A stretch of 64,000 bases of DNA, taken from a virus. A program made the position numbers and the translations under genes. The stretch is from IMG/VR virus record IMGVR_UViG_3300021378_000004. One strand, written 5' to 3'. This document shows, one piece after another, positions 10,366 through 19,895 of this stretch (its first letter is position 1; every line of letters starts with the position of its first letter). Under the pieces are notes generated by a model. It saw only the letters and a program-made list of their open reading frames with translations, did not search any database and was not told the DNA's origin.

Positions 10366-10651
10366 CTTAACGCTATATACTCAAGATGATTGCAACTATT
10401 GTCATGTTTTAAAAAAGAAACTTGCTGAATGGGATTTTAAATGGAGAGAAGTAAATGTAAGTCATGACATGTTTGCTAAAGAATTTTTAAAAGAACATGG
10501 TCATAGAACAGTACCTCAACTTTATTTAGACAACACTCATTTAAATAAATTTCCAACTTTAGAACTTACCAAAAAACATATAGAACAAGAAATTGATTAT
10601 GATAATTATGTTGGTGGCGTAGAAAGCTGGGCTCCTCTTAAAAGTGCATAG
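10349..10651 (+). CDS. Glutaredoxin
   Basis: CNYC active site, RTVPQ. Confidence 0.85.
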   Translation: MYNSLNLTLYTQDDCNYCHVLKKKLAEWDFKWREVNVSHDMFAKEFLKEHGHRTVPQLYLDNTHLNKFPTLELTKKHIEQEIDYDNYVGGVESWAPLKSA

Positions 10652-10659
10652 GACATATA

Positions 10660-11037
10660 ATGAATCCTTTTGAATATTCGAATGCTATAAATTACACAAA
10701 AAAAGATATCATGGTTGACGATGTTGCTGAAAAAGCATATTCGTCATACATGATTAACAGACAGCTATCTTACTTTCCAGATACAGTATTAGCTGCAAAC
10801 GAGATGAATCGTAATCATCACATAGATAACCGCCTTCAATTTGATTTTTTTATAAATATAATAAGAAAACGTAAAAGGTTTTCTAAATGGTTCAAACCTG
10901 AACAAATTAGTGACTTGGATGTGGTTAAAAAATATTATGGCTATAGTAACGAAAAAGCCCGACAGATTTTAACTCTCCTCACCACTGACAATATAAACGA
11001 ATTGAAAAATAAGGTGGCAAAAGGTGGAAGAAAATAA
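10660..11037 (+). CDS. gp62: Clamp loader small subunit gp62
   Basis: MINRQLSYFPDTVLAANEMN, RKRKRFSKW, YYGYSNEKA. Confidence 0.93.
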   Translation: MNPFEYSNAINYTKKDIMVDDVAEKAYSSYMINRQLSYFPDTVLAANEMNRNHHIDNRLQFDFFINIIRKRKRFSKWFKPEQISDLDVVKKYYGYSNEKARQILTLLTTDNINELKNKVAKGGRK

Positions 11038-11440
11038 CATTGTAGAATGGAACCCAGCAAATATGCTCGAGGTTACATTAAACGAACCAGACGATTTTCT
11101 TAAAATAAGAGAGACACTTACTCGAATAGGCGTGGCATCACGTAAAGATAATAAGCTTTATCAGTCTTGTCATATACTACATAAACAAGGACGATATTTT
11201 ATCGTGCATTTTAAAGAGCTCTTTTTATTAGACGGAAAAAAATCTAATCTTGAAGAAAATGATGTTGGACGTAGAAATACTATAGTAACACTGATGAGCG
11301 ATTGGGGATTATTAACTGTAGAAAATAAAGAACAGTTACAACCCATTACTCCATTAAGACAAATCAAAATAATTTCATTTAAAGATAAAGATAAATGGGA
11401 ATTATGTCCAAAATATAATATTGGTAATGGAACAAAATAA
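11024..11440 (+). CDS. regA: Translational repressor RegA
   Basis: DDFLKIRETLTRIGVAS, QSCHILHKQGRYFIVHFKELF. Confidence 0.97.
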   Translation: MEENNIVEWNPANMLEVTLNEPDDFLKIRETLTRIGVASRKDNKLYQSCHILHKQGRYFIVHFKELFLLDGKKSNLEENDVGRRNTIVTLMSDWGLLTVENKEQLQPITPLRQIKIISFKDKDKWELCPKYNIGNGTK

Positions 11441-11624
11441 AATCAAAGAAGCATATAGAATATTCTTTTTAGTAAAAGGTCATTTAGACGTCACTGAAGA
11501 AACTGCTTTGGCTTGTTACAATAATTACTTTAAGAGAATATGGTACAATCAAGAAGCTTGGGTGAGAGAAGAAAAATTTCATGCTGCTTATGAAAAAAAA
11601 TTTGGATCTACTGGTTTAAATTGA
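11421..11624 (+). CDS. Hypothetical protein
   Basis: Overlaps the regA stop; phage-like codon usage. Confidence 0.5.
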   Translation: MVMEQNKIKEAYRIFFLVKGHLDVTEETALACYNNYFKRIWYNQEAWVREEKFHAAYEKKFGSTGLN

Positions 11625-11649
11625 GAAAGTAGATACTATATATATTATA

Positions 11650-11705
11650 GAGGCGCCGATAATCGGGTCTCGTTTAACCTTGCTAGTCAATAGGAGGCAA
11701 TTATG
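11650..11705 (+). promoter_or_regulatory. ROSE-like RNA thermometer in the hsp20 5' UTR
   Basis: 5' hairpin GAGGCGCCGATAATCGGGTCTC, then CCTTGCTA-GTCAA-TAGGAGG, which pairs a U(U/C)GCU motif against the SD sequence. Confidence 0.65.
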
Positions 11706-12113
11706 ACTAAGAACTTTATTTACCCGAGAAATGCTTTCTTGGGTTTCGATCACATTTTTGATCAACTGGAAAATATTCATTCACACGCGAAGGATACTTA
11801 TCCACCGTATAACGTAGTCAAACACGACAATTTAACATATGAAATCGAGATGGCGGTAGCCGGCTTTAAAAAAGATCATATTGATATTGAAGTTAAAGAT
11901 CACGTTATGACTATTATAGGCGATAGGCCAAAGCGAAGAGAAGCAGAATCCTACGTGCATAAAGGTATCAGTGCTCGAAAGTTTAATAGATCATTTAGAC
12001 TGTCTGAATATACAGAAGTAGACGGTGCAGACATTCAGGATGGAATCCTTACTGTTAATTTAAAAGTAGTTCTACCAGAAGAGAAGCGACCTCGTAAAAT
12101 TTCAATTAAATAA
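11703..12113 (+). CDS. hsp20: Small heat shock protein Hsp20 (IbpA-like)
   Basis: YPPYNV, EMAVAGF, YVHKGISARKFNRSFRL, DGIL, PEEKRPRKISI. Confidence 0.95.
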   Translation: MTKNFIYPRNAFLGFDHIFDQLENIHSHAKDTYPPYNVVKHDNLTYEIEMAVAGFKKDHIDIEVKDHVMTIIGDRPKRREAESYVHKGISARKFNRSFRLSEYTEVDGADIQDGILTVNLKVVLPEEKRPRKISIK

Positions 12114-12131
12114 ATTAACGAGGAAAATTAA

Positions 12132-12359
12132 ATGACAACTTTAACTACAACTTACAATATTACGTGTCAAGTATGTGAATACATTGCCGACGCATTTAAA
12201 AAGACATTAAGAGCTATCATAGTAGGTAGACAAATGGCTGCAAATGCTGAAGTGGCAAGACAACTTCAACAGCTTGGATTTTATGGCAGAGACCAAGATT
12301 TAAAGCATATCATTATGCAATTAAATAAGAAAACTGCTAAAGAATACGAAAGATACTAG
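12132..12359 (+). CDS. Hypothetical protein
   Basis: GAGG SD, ORF ends before a terminator. Confidence 0.6.
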   Translation: MTTLTTTYNITCQVCEYIADAFKKTLRAIIVGRQMAANAEVARQLQQLGFYGRDQDLKHIIMQLNKKTAKEYERY

Positions 12360-12385
12360 TATTGTAAAAAATCAAATGAAAAATT

Positions 12386-12409
12386 AGGCGGGCAGTGCTC
12401 GCCTTTTTT
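12386..12409 (+). terminator. Rho-independent terminator
   Basis: AGGCGGGC-AGT-GCTCGCCT plus a T run. Confidence 0.85.
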
Positions 12410-12411
12410 AT

Positions 12412-12419
12412 TATAAATA
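12412..12419 (+). promoter_or_regulatory. Late promoter of lysozyme
   Basis: TATAAATA. Confidence 0.8.
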
Positions 12420-12441
12420 GTATTTTACAAGGAGATATAGC

Positions 12442-12885
12442 ATGAATATAGATGTATTAAGAAAAGAACTTGAATTGGATGAAGGAGTTAAATATGAAAT
12501 TTACAACGATCACTTGGGTTATGCCACTTTTGGGATTGGGCATTTGGTTATTGATTCTGATCCAGAACACGGACAAGAAATTGGAACTGCTGTCTCAGAA
12601 GATCGAGTTATTGAAGCCTTCAACAAAGACGTCCAAATCGTGCTCGCAGATTGTGAGCAATTATATTACGGATTTAATGTCTTGCCAGAAGAAGTCCAAC
12701 TAATCATTGCTAATATGATGTTTAATATGGGAAGACCTAGACTTTCAAAGTTTAAAGGTATGAAAGCTGGTATTGATGCACAAGATTGGAATAAGGCAGC
12801 AGACGAAATGATAGACTCTGCGTGGTATAGACAAGTTCCTAATAGAGCTGGAAGATTAGTTAAAAGAATGAGAGCATTAGCTTAA
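12442..12885 (+). CDS. T4-type lysozyme (GH24 endolysin)
   Basis: LELDEG...YNDHLGYATFGIGHL (E/D/T triad), NMMFNMG, SAWYRQVPNRA. Confidence 0.93.
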   Translation: MNIDVLRKELELDEGVKYEIYNDHLGYATFGIGHLVIDSDPEHGQEIGTAVSEDRVIEAFNKDVQIVLADCEQLYYGFNVLPEEVQLIIANMMFNMGRPRLSKFKGMKAGIDAQDWNKAADEMIDSAWYRQVPNRAGRLVKRMRALA

Positions 12886-13157
12886 TGTCTGACTTAGACT
12901 TTGATTTTGGTTTTACTGCTGTAACTGAAGAAGAGTTAGATGTAGTAAAGAAAACACAAGAAGACGTTAATGATAAACAACACTTATTAACGTCTAAGCA
13001 AGATGCACTTGATAATCTTTATAATGCAATAATACCTTTGTTATCAAATTTAAAGAAAAATCCAGAAAAAGAATATATTCTCTGGCCTAATAGACTACAA
13101 AAAGTTGAAGAATTCGAAGATCATATTAATAAGATATATACAAATAATAATGAATAA
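12885..13157 (+). CDS. Conserved T4-like hypothetical protein
   Basis: DFDFGFTAV, PLLSNLKKNPEKEYILWPNR. Confidence 0.65.
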   Translation: MSDLDFDFGFTAVTEEELDVVKKTQEDVNDKQHLLTSKQDALDNLYNAIIPLLSNLKKNPEKEYILWPNRLQKVEEFEDHINKIYTNNNE

Positions 13158-13171
13158 AAGTAAAATAATCC

Positions 13172-13200
13172 TTTACTTTTGTAAAAAACTATGGTATAAT
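13172..13200 (+). promoter_or_regulatory. Early promoter
   Basis: TTTACT-N17-TATAAT. Confidence 0.75.
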
Positions 13201-13207
13201 AACTATA

Positions 13208-13813
13208 ATGATTAATTTTAAAACATATTTAGAAGAGGCTGCCGGAAAAGGTTTAACTATATTTGACATAGATGAAACTATGTTTATAACTAAAGCAAAG
13301 GTACATGTGGTAAAAAATGGTAAAGTTATTAAAAAACTGGATAATCAAGAATTTAACACATATAAGAAAAAAGCTGGCGAAGATTACGACTTCGGCGAAT
13401 TTAAAAACGCCGAGGTATTTAAGCGGACGTCCACGCCAATCGCAAGAATGATTAACAAAGTTAGAGCAATATTAAAAAATGCTACAAGAGCAGGATCTAA
13501 AGTTATTATTGTAACTGCAAGACCAAACTTTGACAACAAGAAAACATTTCTAGATACATTTAGAAAACAAGGAATCGACATAGACAAGATCTATGTTGAA
13601 CGTGCTGGTAACCTCGGAGGAGGCCCGGCCGCTGATAATAAGAAAGTAATCTTTAAGAAATACCTGGATCAAAAAATATATAAAAGAATAAGATTATTTG
13701 ATGATGCCATGTCTAACTTAAAGATGTTCTTATCATTACAAAAAGACTACCCCGATGTCTCATTCGAGGCATTCTTAGCAAAAGAAAATGGCTCTGTTTC
13801 AAGAGTAAGATAA
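13208..13813 (+). CDS. HAD-family phosphatase (polynucleotide phosphatase-like) with a capsid-targeting-like N-terminus
   Basis: FDIDET (motif I), VTAR (II), K (III), LFDD (IV); N-terminus MINFKTYLEE. Confidence 0.75.
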   Translation: MINFKTYLEEAAGKGLTIFDIDETMFITKAKVHVVKNGKVIKKLDNQEFNTYKKKAGEDYDFGEFKNAEVFKRTSTPIARMINKVRAILKNATRAGSKVIIVTARPNFDNKKTFLDTFRKQGIDIDKIYVERAGNLGGGPAADNKKVIFKKYLDQKIYKRIRLFDDAMSNLKMFLSLQKDYPDVSFEAFLAKENGSVSRVR

Positions 13814-13826
13814 TATAGGAGAAACT

Positions 13827-14846
13827 ATGAAATTCTTTAAGCACGCGGCAGTGCTAATGCTGTCGTTTCTATTCTGCTTTTCAGCTTTCGCAGATAAATT
13901 GAAAGTTGGGTTCGTGTATATTGGACCTGTGGGTGACCACGGCTGGACATATATGCATGATCAAGGGCGCCAGGCTATTGAAAAAGCTTATGGCGATAAA
14001 GTTGAAGTTACATATATGGAAAGTGTTAAATATGGTCCAGATGCTGAAAGAGCTATAAGAGGTTTAGCTAACGAAGGTATGGACATTATATTTGCTACTT
14101 CATTTGGTTACATGGAGCCAATGTTGAAAGTTGCTAAAGAGTTTCCAAACATTAAATTTGAACACGCTACCGGCTACAAGACTAATGATAACATGTCAGT
14201 TTATTCTGGAATGTTTTATCAAGGTAGATATGTTCAAGGTGTAATTGCAGGTCATATGAGTAAAAATGGTAAAGCTGGCTACATTGCTTCTTTTCCAATA
14301 CCTGAAGTTGTAAGAGGCATTAACGCTTTTTACCTAGGTGCAACAAGTGTTAATCCGGATTTCGACATCGACGTAGTATGGGTTAATAGTTGGTATGATC
14401 CGGTTAAAGAAGGTAATGCTGCAAAAGTATTAATCAGTGAAGGAGCTGACATTATTACGCAACATACCGATAGTCCTGCCGCATTGCAGGTTGCTGAAAA
14501 GCAAGGTGTCTTTGCATTTGGACAAGCAAGTAACATGTATCAGTTTGCGCCTAAAGCACAGCTTACCGCTATACTTGATGACTGGGCTCCTTACTATATT
14601 GAGAGAGTAGGTCAAGTAATGAATGGTACTTGGAAGAAATCAGATACTTGGGGTGATATGAAGAGTGGAATGGTTAAGATGGCACCATATACTAATATGC
14701 CAGATAATATTGCACTAATTGCTAAGGATATCGAAAATAAAGTTATGAACGGTGATATTAAACCATTTAATGGTAAATATTCTGTTGGAGAACTATTAGG
14801 CATGAATAAATATGTTAAAGGGATAGATGCGTCATTACCAAAATGA
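13827..14846 (+). CDS. BMP-family ABC transporter substrate-binding protein (purine/nucleoside)
   Basis: Signal peptide; VGFVYIGPVGDHGWTY, FATSFGY, PIPEVVRGINAF, WYDP, QHTDS. Confidence 0.9.
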   Translation: MKFFKHAAVLMLSFLFCFSAFADKLKVGFVYIGPVGDHGWTYMHDQGRQAIEKAYGDKVEVTYMESVKYGPDAERAIRGLANEGMDIIFATSFGYMEPMLKVAKEFPNIKFEHATGYKTNDNMSVYSGMFYQGRYVQGVIAGHMSKNGKAGYIASFPIPEVVRGINAFYLGATSVNPDFDIDVVWVNSWYDPVKEGNAAKVLISEGADIITQHTDSPAALQVAEKQGVFAFGQASNMYQFAPKAQLTAILDDWAPYYIERVGQVMNGTWKKSDTWGDMKSGMVKMAPYTNMPDNIALIAKDIENKVMNGDIKPFNGKYSVGELLGMNKYVKGIDASLPK

Positions 14847-15148
14847 TAACTTTAACAGAAAATGCTAAAAACTATTTAAGCACCACCACCAAAGCACATG
14901 ATAAGAAATATGCTTATCTTGCAGTCAATGGTGGTGGCTGCTCAGGTTTTCAATACGAGTGGAACATGACCAATGATTTGGAAAAAGGTACACTCGTTGA
15001 AAACATATTAGTGTTAGATAAGACGGCAGAAATGTTCGTTATAGGCTGCACAGTAGACTACGTAAAAGAGTTCGGCGGCTCTTATCTTAAAGTCATAAAT
15101 CCTAACGCAACTGCGCAATGTGGCTGCGGAGAATCATTCGCCATTTAA
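14843..15148 (+). CDS. iscA: HesB/IscA Fe-S cluster assembly accessory protein
   Basis: GGGCSGFQY and NPNATAQCGCGESF. Confidence 0.92.
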   Translation: MITLTENAKNYLSTTTKAHDKKYAYLAVNGGGCSGFQYEWNMTNDLEKGTLVENILVLDKTAEMFVIGCTVDYVKEFGGSYLKVINPNATAQCGCGESFAI

Positions 15149-15200
15149 TTAACATGTTAATAACAAAAAGGTGTACATTTACTCAAAACTAGTGTATAAT
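15149..15200 (+). promoter_or_regulatory. TTAACATGTTAA palindrome plus early promoter
   Basis: Palindrome 15149-15160; TGTACA-N17-TATAAT 15172-15200. Confidence 0.75.
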
Positions 15201-15212
15201 AATACTATAAAA

Positions 15213-15419
15213 ATGAGGAGAATCACTTTGACAACATCAAAACTATCAGTTATCTATTCACACTTTCAATCCCTTCCGGATTTCAACGAAAAAATTAAAT
15301 ATCTTCAGGATCAAAAATCTGACCTTGAAAAATATAACATCAATGTTGATAAATTAATCAACTATTATTTAACCCACGGTGACAAACCTTGGACTCCACC
15401 TAAACGAGAAGCTTATTAA
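15213..15419 (+). CDS. Hypothetical early protein (start at 15213, or TTG at about 15228)
   Basis: Follows an early promoter with a GAGGAG SD; abuts gp43. Confidence 0.55.
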   Translation: MRRITLTTSKLSVIYSHFQSLPDFNEKIKYLQDQKSDLEKYNINVDKLINYYLTHGDKPWTPPKREAY

Positions 15420-18148
15420 TGGCATTTTATACCAACCTTTATCGATTCAAAAGTAACATATACTATCGCGGTTATTCATCTAACGGCGATAGAGTTACTA
15501 AAAAAGATCATTATGAACCAAAGTTCTATGTTACTACACCAGACGAAACTGGTTACAAAAGTATTGATGGTCATAATGTTGGATCAATAAATTTTAAAAG
15601 TATGTATGAAGCTGGACAATGGTTACGTGATAACCTCGAAGTTTCAGGTAGAAAAATTTATGGTAATAAAAGATATATTTCTCAGTATGTAATGGATAAA
15701 TTTCCAAATGATATTGAATTTGATCGTAGAGCAATTAACGTTGGTACATTTGATATTGAAACAGATTATGATGATGGCTTTCCACATCCTGATCAAGCTG
15801 CTCATAAAATATTATCGATATCATATAAGTCTAGTAAATTTTCAACATATCATGTGTGGGGTTATGGTGACTTTGATACTGAAACAGCACTTATAAGTGA
15901 TGTTAAATATACTAAATGTAATAGCGAAGAAGAACTACTTGAAAAGTTTATAGAATTCTGGTCACATCCAGAAATTACACCTGACGTCATTACAGGTTGG
16001 AATACAAGATTCTTCGATATACCTTACGTAATCAAACGTACATCAGATGTACTAGGTATAGAATACTTACACAAGTTTTCACCATATGGTTTACAAATAC
16101 CAGAACCTAGAAAGGTTATGTATCGCGGCAGAGAAAATCTAGTTTATGAAATTCCTGGTATTCAAACTTTAGACTACATGGAATTATTTCAAAAGTTTGG
16201 TTACACTTATGGTCCACAAGAATCATATGCATTGAATCATATTGCTTATGTTGTACTCGGTGAAAAGAAACTTTCATATGAAGAATCAGGTTCACTTAAA
16301 AATCTTTATAAAGATGATTATCAAAAGTACATCGATTATAATATGAAAGACGTACAACTTGTTGATAGGCTCGAAGAAAAACTTGGACTTATTACGTTGG
16401 CTATAACTATGGCCTACAAAGGTGGTGTTAATTTTCAAGACACATTTGGTGTAACTGCTATATGGGAATCAATTATTTTCAGAAAGCTTTATCAAAACAA
16501 AGTAATTACTCCTCTTACTCAAAAATATGATGATTATCAAATCATAGGTGCTACCGAAACATCAAAGAAAAATCCATCGCCTGCTTTTCGTGCAGAAGGT
16601 AAATCGCATAATATTGCTGGTGGTTATGTTAAAGATCCTGTCCCAGGTAAATACGAATGGGTAGTATCATTTGATTTAAATTCACTATATCCTAATATCA
16701 TTGTGCAAAATAATATGTCACCAGAAACAATAGTCGAATATCCAAAACAACCTGAAGAACTTGCAAGAGCTGCAAATGAAACATATTATCGTAAAGACTT
16801 TCAAGGTGTACTTCCAAAAATTATTGAAGAATATTATGATGAACGTGTGTCTGTTAAAAATATGATGTTAGCTGCTAAATCTGAAATGCAAAAAGGTTAT
16901 ACATTTGAATTAGATAAAGAAATAAACAATCTAGAAAACAGACAAATGGCTATTAAAATTCTACTTAATAGTTTATATGGTGCTCTTGCTAATAAACACT
17001 TTCTATATTTCAGACCATCACTTGCTGAAGGTGTAACACTTACTGGTCAAAAAGCAATTAAACATGCTCAAACAACAATGAATATTCAATTAAATGATGT
17101 ACTTAATATAAATTGGCGTAAAACTTCACTACCAGCTGTTTTAGATGAAAATTTTCATAAAAAAGGTATAGAATGGATAACTAATGAAAAACGTCACATA
17201 GAAATTCTTAACGATCCTGAACACAATTTACATTATGATAAAGAAAAAGAAATGTATTATACTAAACATTTTGAAAAAAAACCAGGATTTCAGATTTATA
17301 TGCCACTTGAAATATATATGACAGACTATGTTATCGCAATTGATACCGATTCTTTATACGTCAACTTTGGACCATTGGTAGAGAAATTTGCACCAAATAA
17401 TCCAGTTTTATTCTTAGACCAAATTTGTAAAGATCACTTCGAACCAGCAATTGCTAAAGCTTATAATGAATTCTTTAAAATGCACAATGCATATAAAAAC
17501 AGAATGGTTATGGCAAGAGAAGCAATATCAGATGTTGGTATATGGACTGCAAAGAAAAGATATATACTTAATGTACACAATAATGAAGGTGTACAATATG
17601 CTGAACCTAAACTTAAGATTATGGGTATTGAAGCTATCAAGTCTTCTACACCAGAAATTGTACGTAATAAATTTAAAGAAGCATTTAAGCTTATAATATC
17701 TGGTACTGAAAAAGAAACACAAGCTTTCATTGCAAAATTTAAAGCTGAATTTAAAAGTTTAAATCCAGAAGCTGTAGCTTTTCCACGTGGTGTTAGTAAT
17801 ATAACAGATTGGCATGATAGAAAAACTATATTTAAGAAAAGCTGTCCAATACATGTGCGTGGTTCATTACTACACAATTATTATCTTAAACAAAATAAAC
17901 TTAATAACAAATATGAACTTATTCAAAATGGCGATAGAATTAAATTTGTATATTTAAAACTACCAAACTCTATAAAACAAAATATAGTATCATTTAAAGA
18001 TGTATTGCCTAAAGAATTAAAACTACATAATTATATTAACTATGATTTACAATTCGAGAAAACATTTATCGAACCACTAAATCTAATACTTAACCCAATC
18101 GGCTGGTCAGCCGAAGAACAAGCAACACTGGAGGATTTTTTCGTATGA
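15419..18148 (+). CDS. gp43: Family B DNA polymerase gp43, with a ~70-aa insertion before motif C
   Basis: Exonuclease DIETD and GWNTRFFD; SFDLNSLYP (A), KILLNSLYG (B), IDTDS (C), KKRY; C-terminal clamp motif LEDFF. Confidence 0.98.
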   Translation: MAFYTNLYRFKSNIYYRGYSSNGDRVTKKDHYEPKFYVTTPDETGYKSIDGHNVGSINFKSMYEAGQWLRDNLEVSGRKIYGNKRYISQYVMDKFPNDIEFDRRAINVGTFDIETDYDDGFPHPDQAAHKILSISYKSSKFSTYHVWGYGDFDTETALISDVKYTKCNSEEELLEKFIEFWSHPEITPDVITGWNTRFFDIPYVIKRTSDVLGIEYLHKFSPYGLQIPEPRKVMYRGRENLVYEIPGIQTLDYMELFQKFGYTYGPQESYALNHIAYVVLGEKKLSYEESGSLKNLYKDDYQKYIDYNMKDVQLVDRLEEKLGLITLAITMAYKGGVNFQDTFGVTAIWESIIFRKLYQNKVITPLTQKYDDYQIIGATETSKKNPSPAFRAEGKSHNIAGGYVKDPVPGKYEWVVSFDLNSLYPNIIVQNNMSPETIVEYPKQPEELARAANETYYRKDFQGVLPKIIEEYYDERVSVKNMMLAAKSEMQKGYTFELDKEINNLENRQMAIKILLNSLYGALANKHFLYFRPSLAEGVTLTGQKAIKHAQTTMNIQLNDVLNINWRKTSLPAVLDENFHKKGIEWITNEKRHIEILNDPEHNLHYDKEKEMYYTKHFEKKPGFQIYMPLEIYMTDYVIAIDTDSLYVNFGPLVEKFAPNNPVLFLDQICKDHFEPAIAKAYNEFFKMHNAYKNRMVMAREAISDVGIWTAKKRYILNVHNNEGVQYAEPKLKIMGIEAIKSSTPEIVRNKFKEAFKLIISGTEKETQAFIAKFKAEFKSLNPEAVAFPRGVSNITDWHDRKTIFKKSCPIHVRGSLLHNYYLKQNKLNNKYELIQNGDRIKFVYLKLPNSIKQNIVSFKDVLPKELKLHNYINYDLQFEKTFIEPLNLILNPIGWSAEEQATLEDFFV

Positions 18149-18561
18149 GTACGAACTGGTTTAAAGACATGCAAGCCATGCATAAGAAATATGGCGTAGA
18201 TGAATGGATGAAAAAAGAAAAAGTATCTGATTGGTCTAGACTTAATAAGTTTATGGATTTTAGAATTAAGATGATGCAAGAAGAACTTGATGAAACTAAA
18301 ACAGCATTTAAAAAAGGAGATGCTGAAGAAGTTGTAGATGGCATTATAGACATGTGTGTCTTTGCTATCGGTACATTAGAAGTATTTGGCGTTGATGCTA
18401 ATAAAGCTTGGGACCAAGTATTAAAAGCGAATATGTCAAAAGAAGTTGGCATTAAAGAAGGCAGACCTAATCCTCTTGGTTTACCAGATTTGGTAAAGCC
18501 TGAAGGTTGGGAAGGTCCTACACATAAGGGAAATCATGGAAATATCACTGACTCTTTTTAA
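18145..18561 (+). CDS. All-alpha NTP pyrophosphohydrolase (MazG/PRA-PH-like), candidate dCTPase
   Basis: EELDE...EEVVDGIID acidic motif; ANMSK, DLVKPEGW. Confidence 0.8.
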   Translation: MSTNWFKDMQAMHKKYGVDEWMKKEKVSDWSRLNKFMDFRIKMMQEELDETKTAFKKGDAEEVVDGIIDMCVFAIGTLEVFGVDANKAWDQVLKANMSKEVGIKEGRPNPLGLPDLVKPEGWEGPTHKGNHGNITDSF

Positions 18562-19465
18562 GAGCATATTTGATAATAAAACTAAAGAAAAGCTAACATT
18601 CAAAGATTTCGATTCTTTTGAAGAAGCTTTGTATAGACTATCTGAAAGAAGGATTGCTTCTAAGAAAGATGCTCCATTAATGTCACCTGCGCAATTTAAG
18701 CCTGACACTACTCGTGCAAATCATAATGTTACTATATGGTCAGGTTGGTGCGCAGTTGATGTTGATGATTTTATATTTGAAGGAGATCTACATGTCGCAT
18801 TACATACTAAGTTTGGTAATTATAAGTATGTCTGCTATTCTACTGCTAGCAGTACACAATCTTTACCAAAGTTTCGTATTGTCTTTCCACTTACAAAAAA
18901 TGTTCAAGCTGAAAAGATTAGACACTTTTGGTTTGCTCTCCAAACGCTACTCGGCGAAGTTGGAGATAAACAAACCAAAGATCTATCTCGTATGTATTAT
19001 ATTCCAGCAAAATATGATAATGCTTTTAATTTTATCTTTAGTAATGATGGGGATGCTATCGATCCTGATGTAGTAATGACTAAAGTTCCGTATAGAGAAA
19101 AAAGTAACAGTAGTAGTTTCTTTGATAGATTACCAGAAGATATGCAAAAAGAAATTATTGAGCATCGTAAATCTCAATTGGATAATACTAATATAAATTG
19201 GTCATCATATAAAAACTGTCCGTTCTTTCCAAGACAATTAGAAAAAGAATATAGAATGATAAGTAGCACAGGTTGGTATCATAAAATGTATCAAATTATG
19301 GTTGCTACTGCTGGTAATGCTATTAAAAACAAATACCCAATCTCTGCACATGAAATTACTTCTTTATGTAGAGAACTTGATAATGAAACTGGTAATTGGT
19401 ATAAATCCAGACCACTTGAAAAGGAAGCCGATCGTGCACTCGAATACGTCTACAAAAATATTTAA
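18536..19465 (+). CDS. Archaeo-eukaryotic primase (PrimPol-like) protein
   Basis: AVDVDD, YSTASS, PKFRIVFPL, DLSRMYYIP; helical C-terminal domain. Confidence 0.65.
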   Translation: MEISLTLFKSIFDNKTKEKLTFKDFDSFEEALYRLSERRIASKKDAPLMSPAQFKPDTTRANHNVTIWSGWCAVDVDDFIFEGDLHVALHTKFGNYKYVCYSTASSTQSLPKFRIVFPLTKNVQAEKIRHFWFALQTLLGEVGDKQTKDLSRMYYIPAKYDNAFNFIFSNDGDAIDPDVVMTKVPYREKSNSSSFFDRLPEDMQKEIIEHRKSQLDNTNINWSSYKNCPFFPRQLEKEYRMISSTGWYHKMYQIMVATAGNAIKNKYPISAHEITSLCRELDNETGNWYKSRPLEKEADRALEYVYKNI

Positions 19466-19466
19466 T

Positions 19467-19895
19467 ATGAATATGTCATTTAATATTGATGATATTAAAG
19501 ACAAAAACGAATGGTACGAGCGAGCTGTAAACGAAGCTAAACAAATACATAGAAACCCATCAACAGCTCGTGGTAGAACACTTAATGAAATTATTGAGGT
19601 ATGTTTATATGGCCATGCTCCGGAGCAGTACCTACTTGAAACTGGTTGGGGTGACGATAATAGGCCATATAAAGATTTATTAGATCCAACATTAGATCCA
19701 GTAGAAATTAAAACTACAAAACATGCTGGTAATATTCCATATGTGCTTGACAGATGCAGAATAGCCAAACTTGAAAAATGGAGAAATTATCCAGACATTG
19801 TTTACATATTTACAAATGATAAAAAATCTAAAGAATATGTGCACGAAGGCATATATGTATGGAACGGTAATAAGTTTAAAAAATATAAAGTTTAG
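19467..19895 (+). CDS. Hypothetical protein, possible PD-(D/E)xK nuclease
   Basis: E...KDLLD...VEIKT pattern; ATG at 19467 follows the upstream stop. Confidence 0.45.
   Translation: MNMSFNIDDIKDKNEWYERAVNEAKQIHRNPSTARGRTLNEIIEVCLYGHAPEQYLLETGWGDDNRPYKDLLDPTLDPVEIKTTKHAGNIPYVLDRCRIAKLEKWRNYPDIVYIFTNDKKSKEYVHEGIYVWNGNKFKKYKV

Noticed and set aside
11610-11645. Sigma32 heat-shock promoter upstream of hsp20
   Set aside because: Only a weak match in AT-rich DNA; not supportable from sequence alone
17105-17323. Intein or group I intron in gp43
   Set aside because: No Cys/Ser start with a His-Asn end, too short, in frame, and no recognisable intron core
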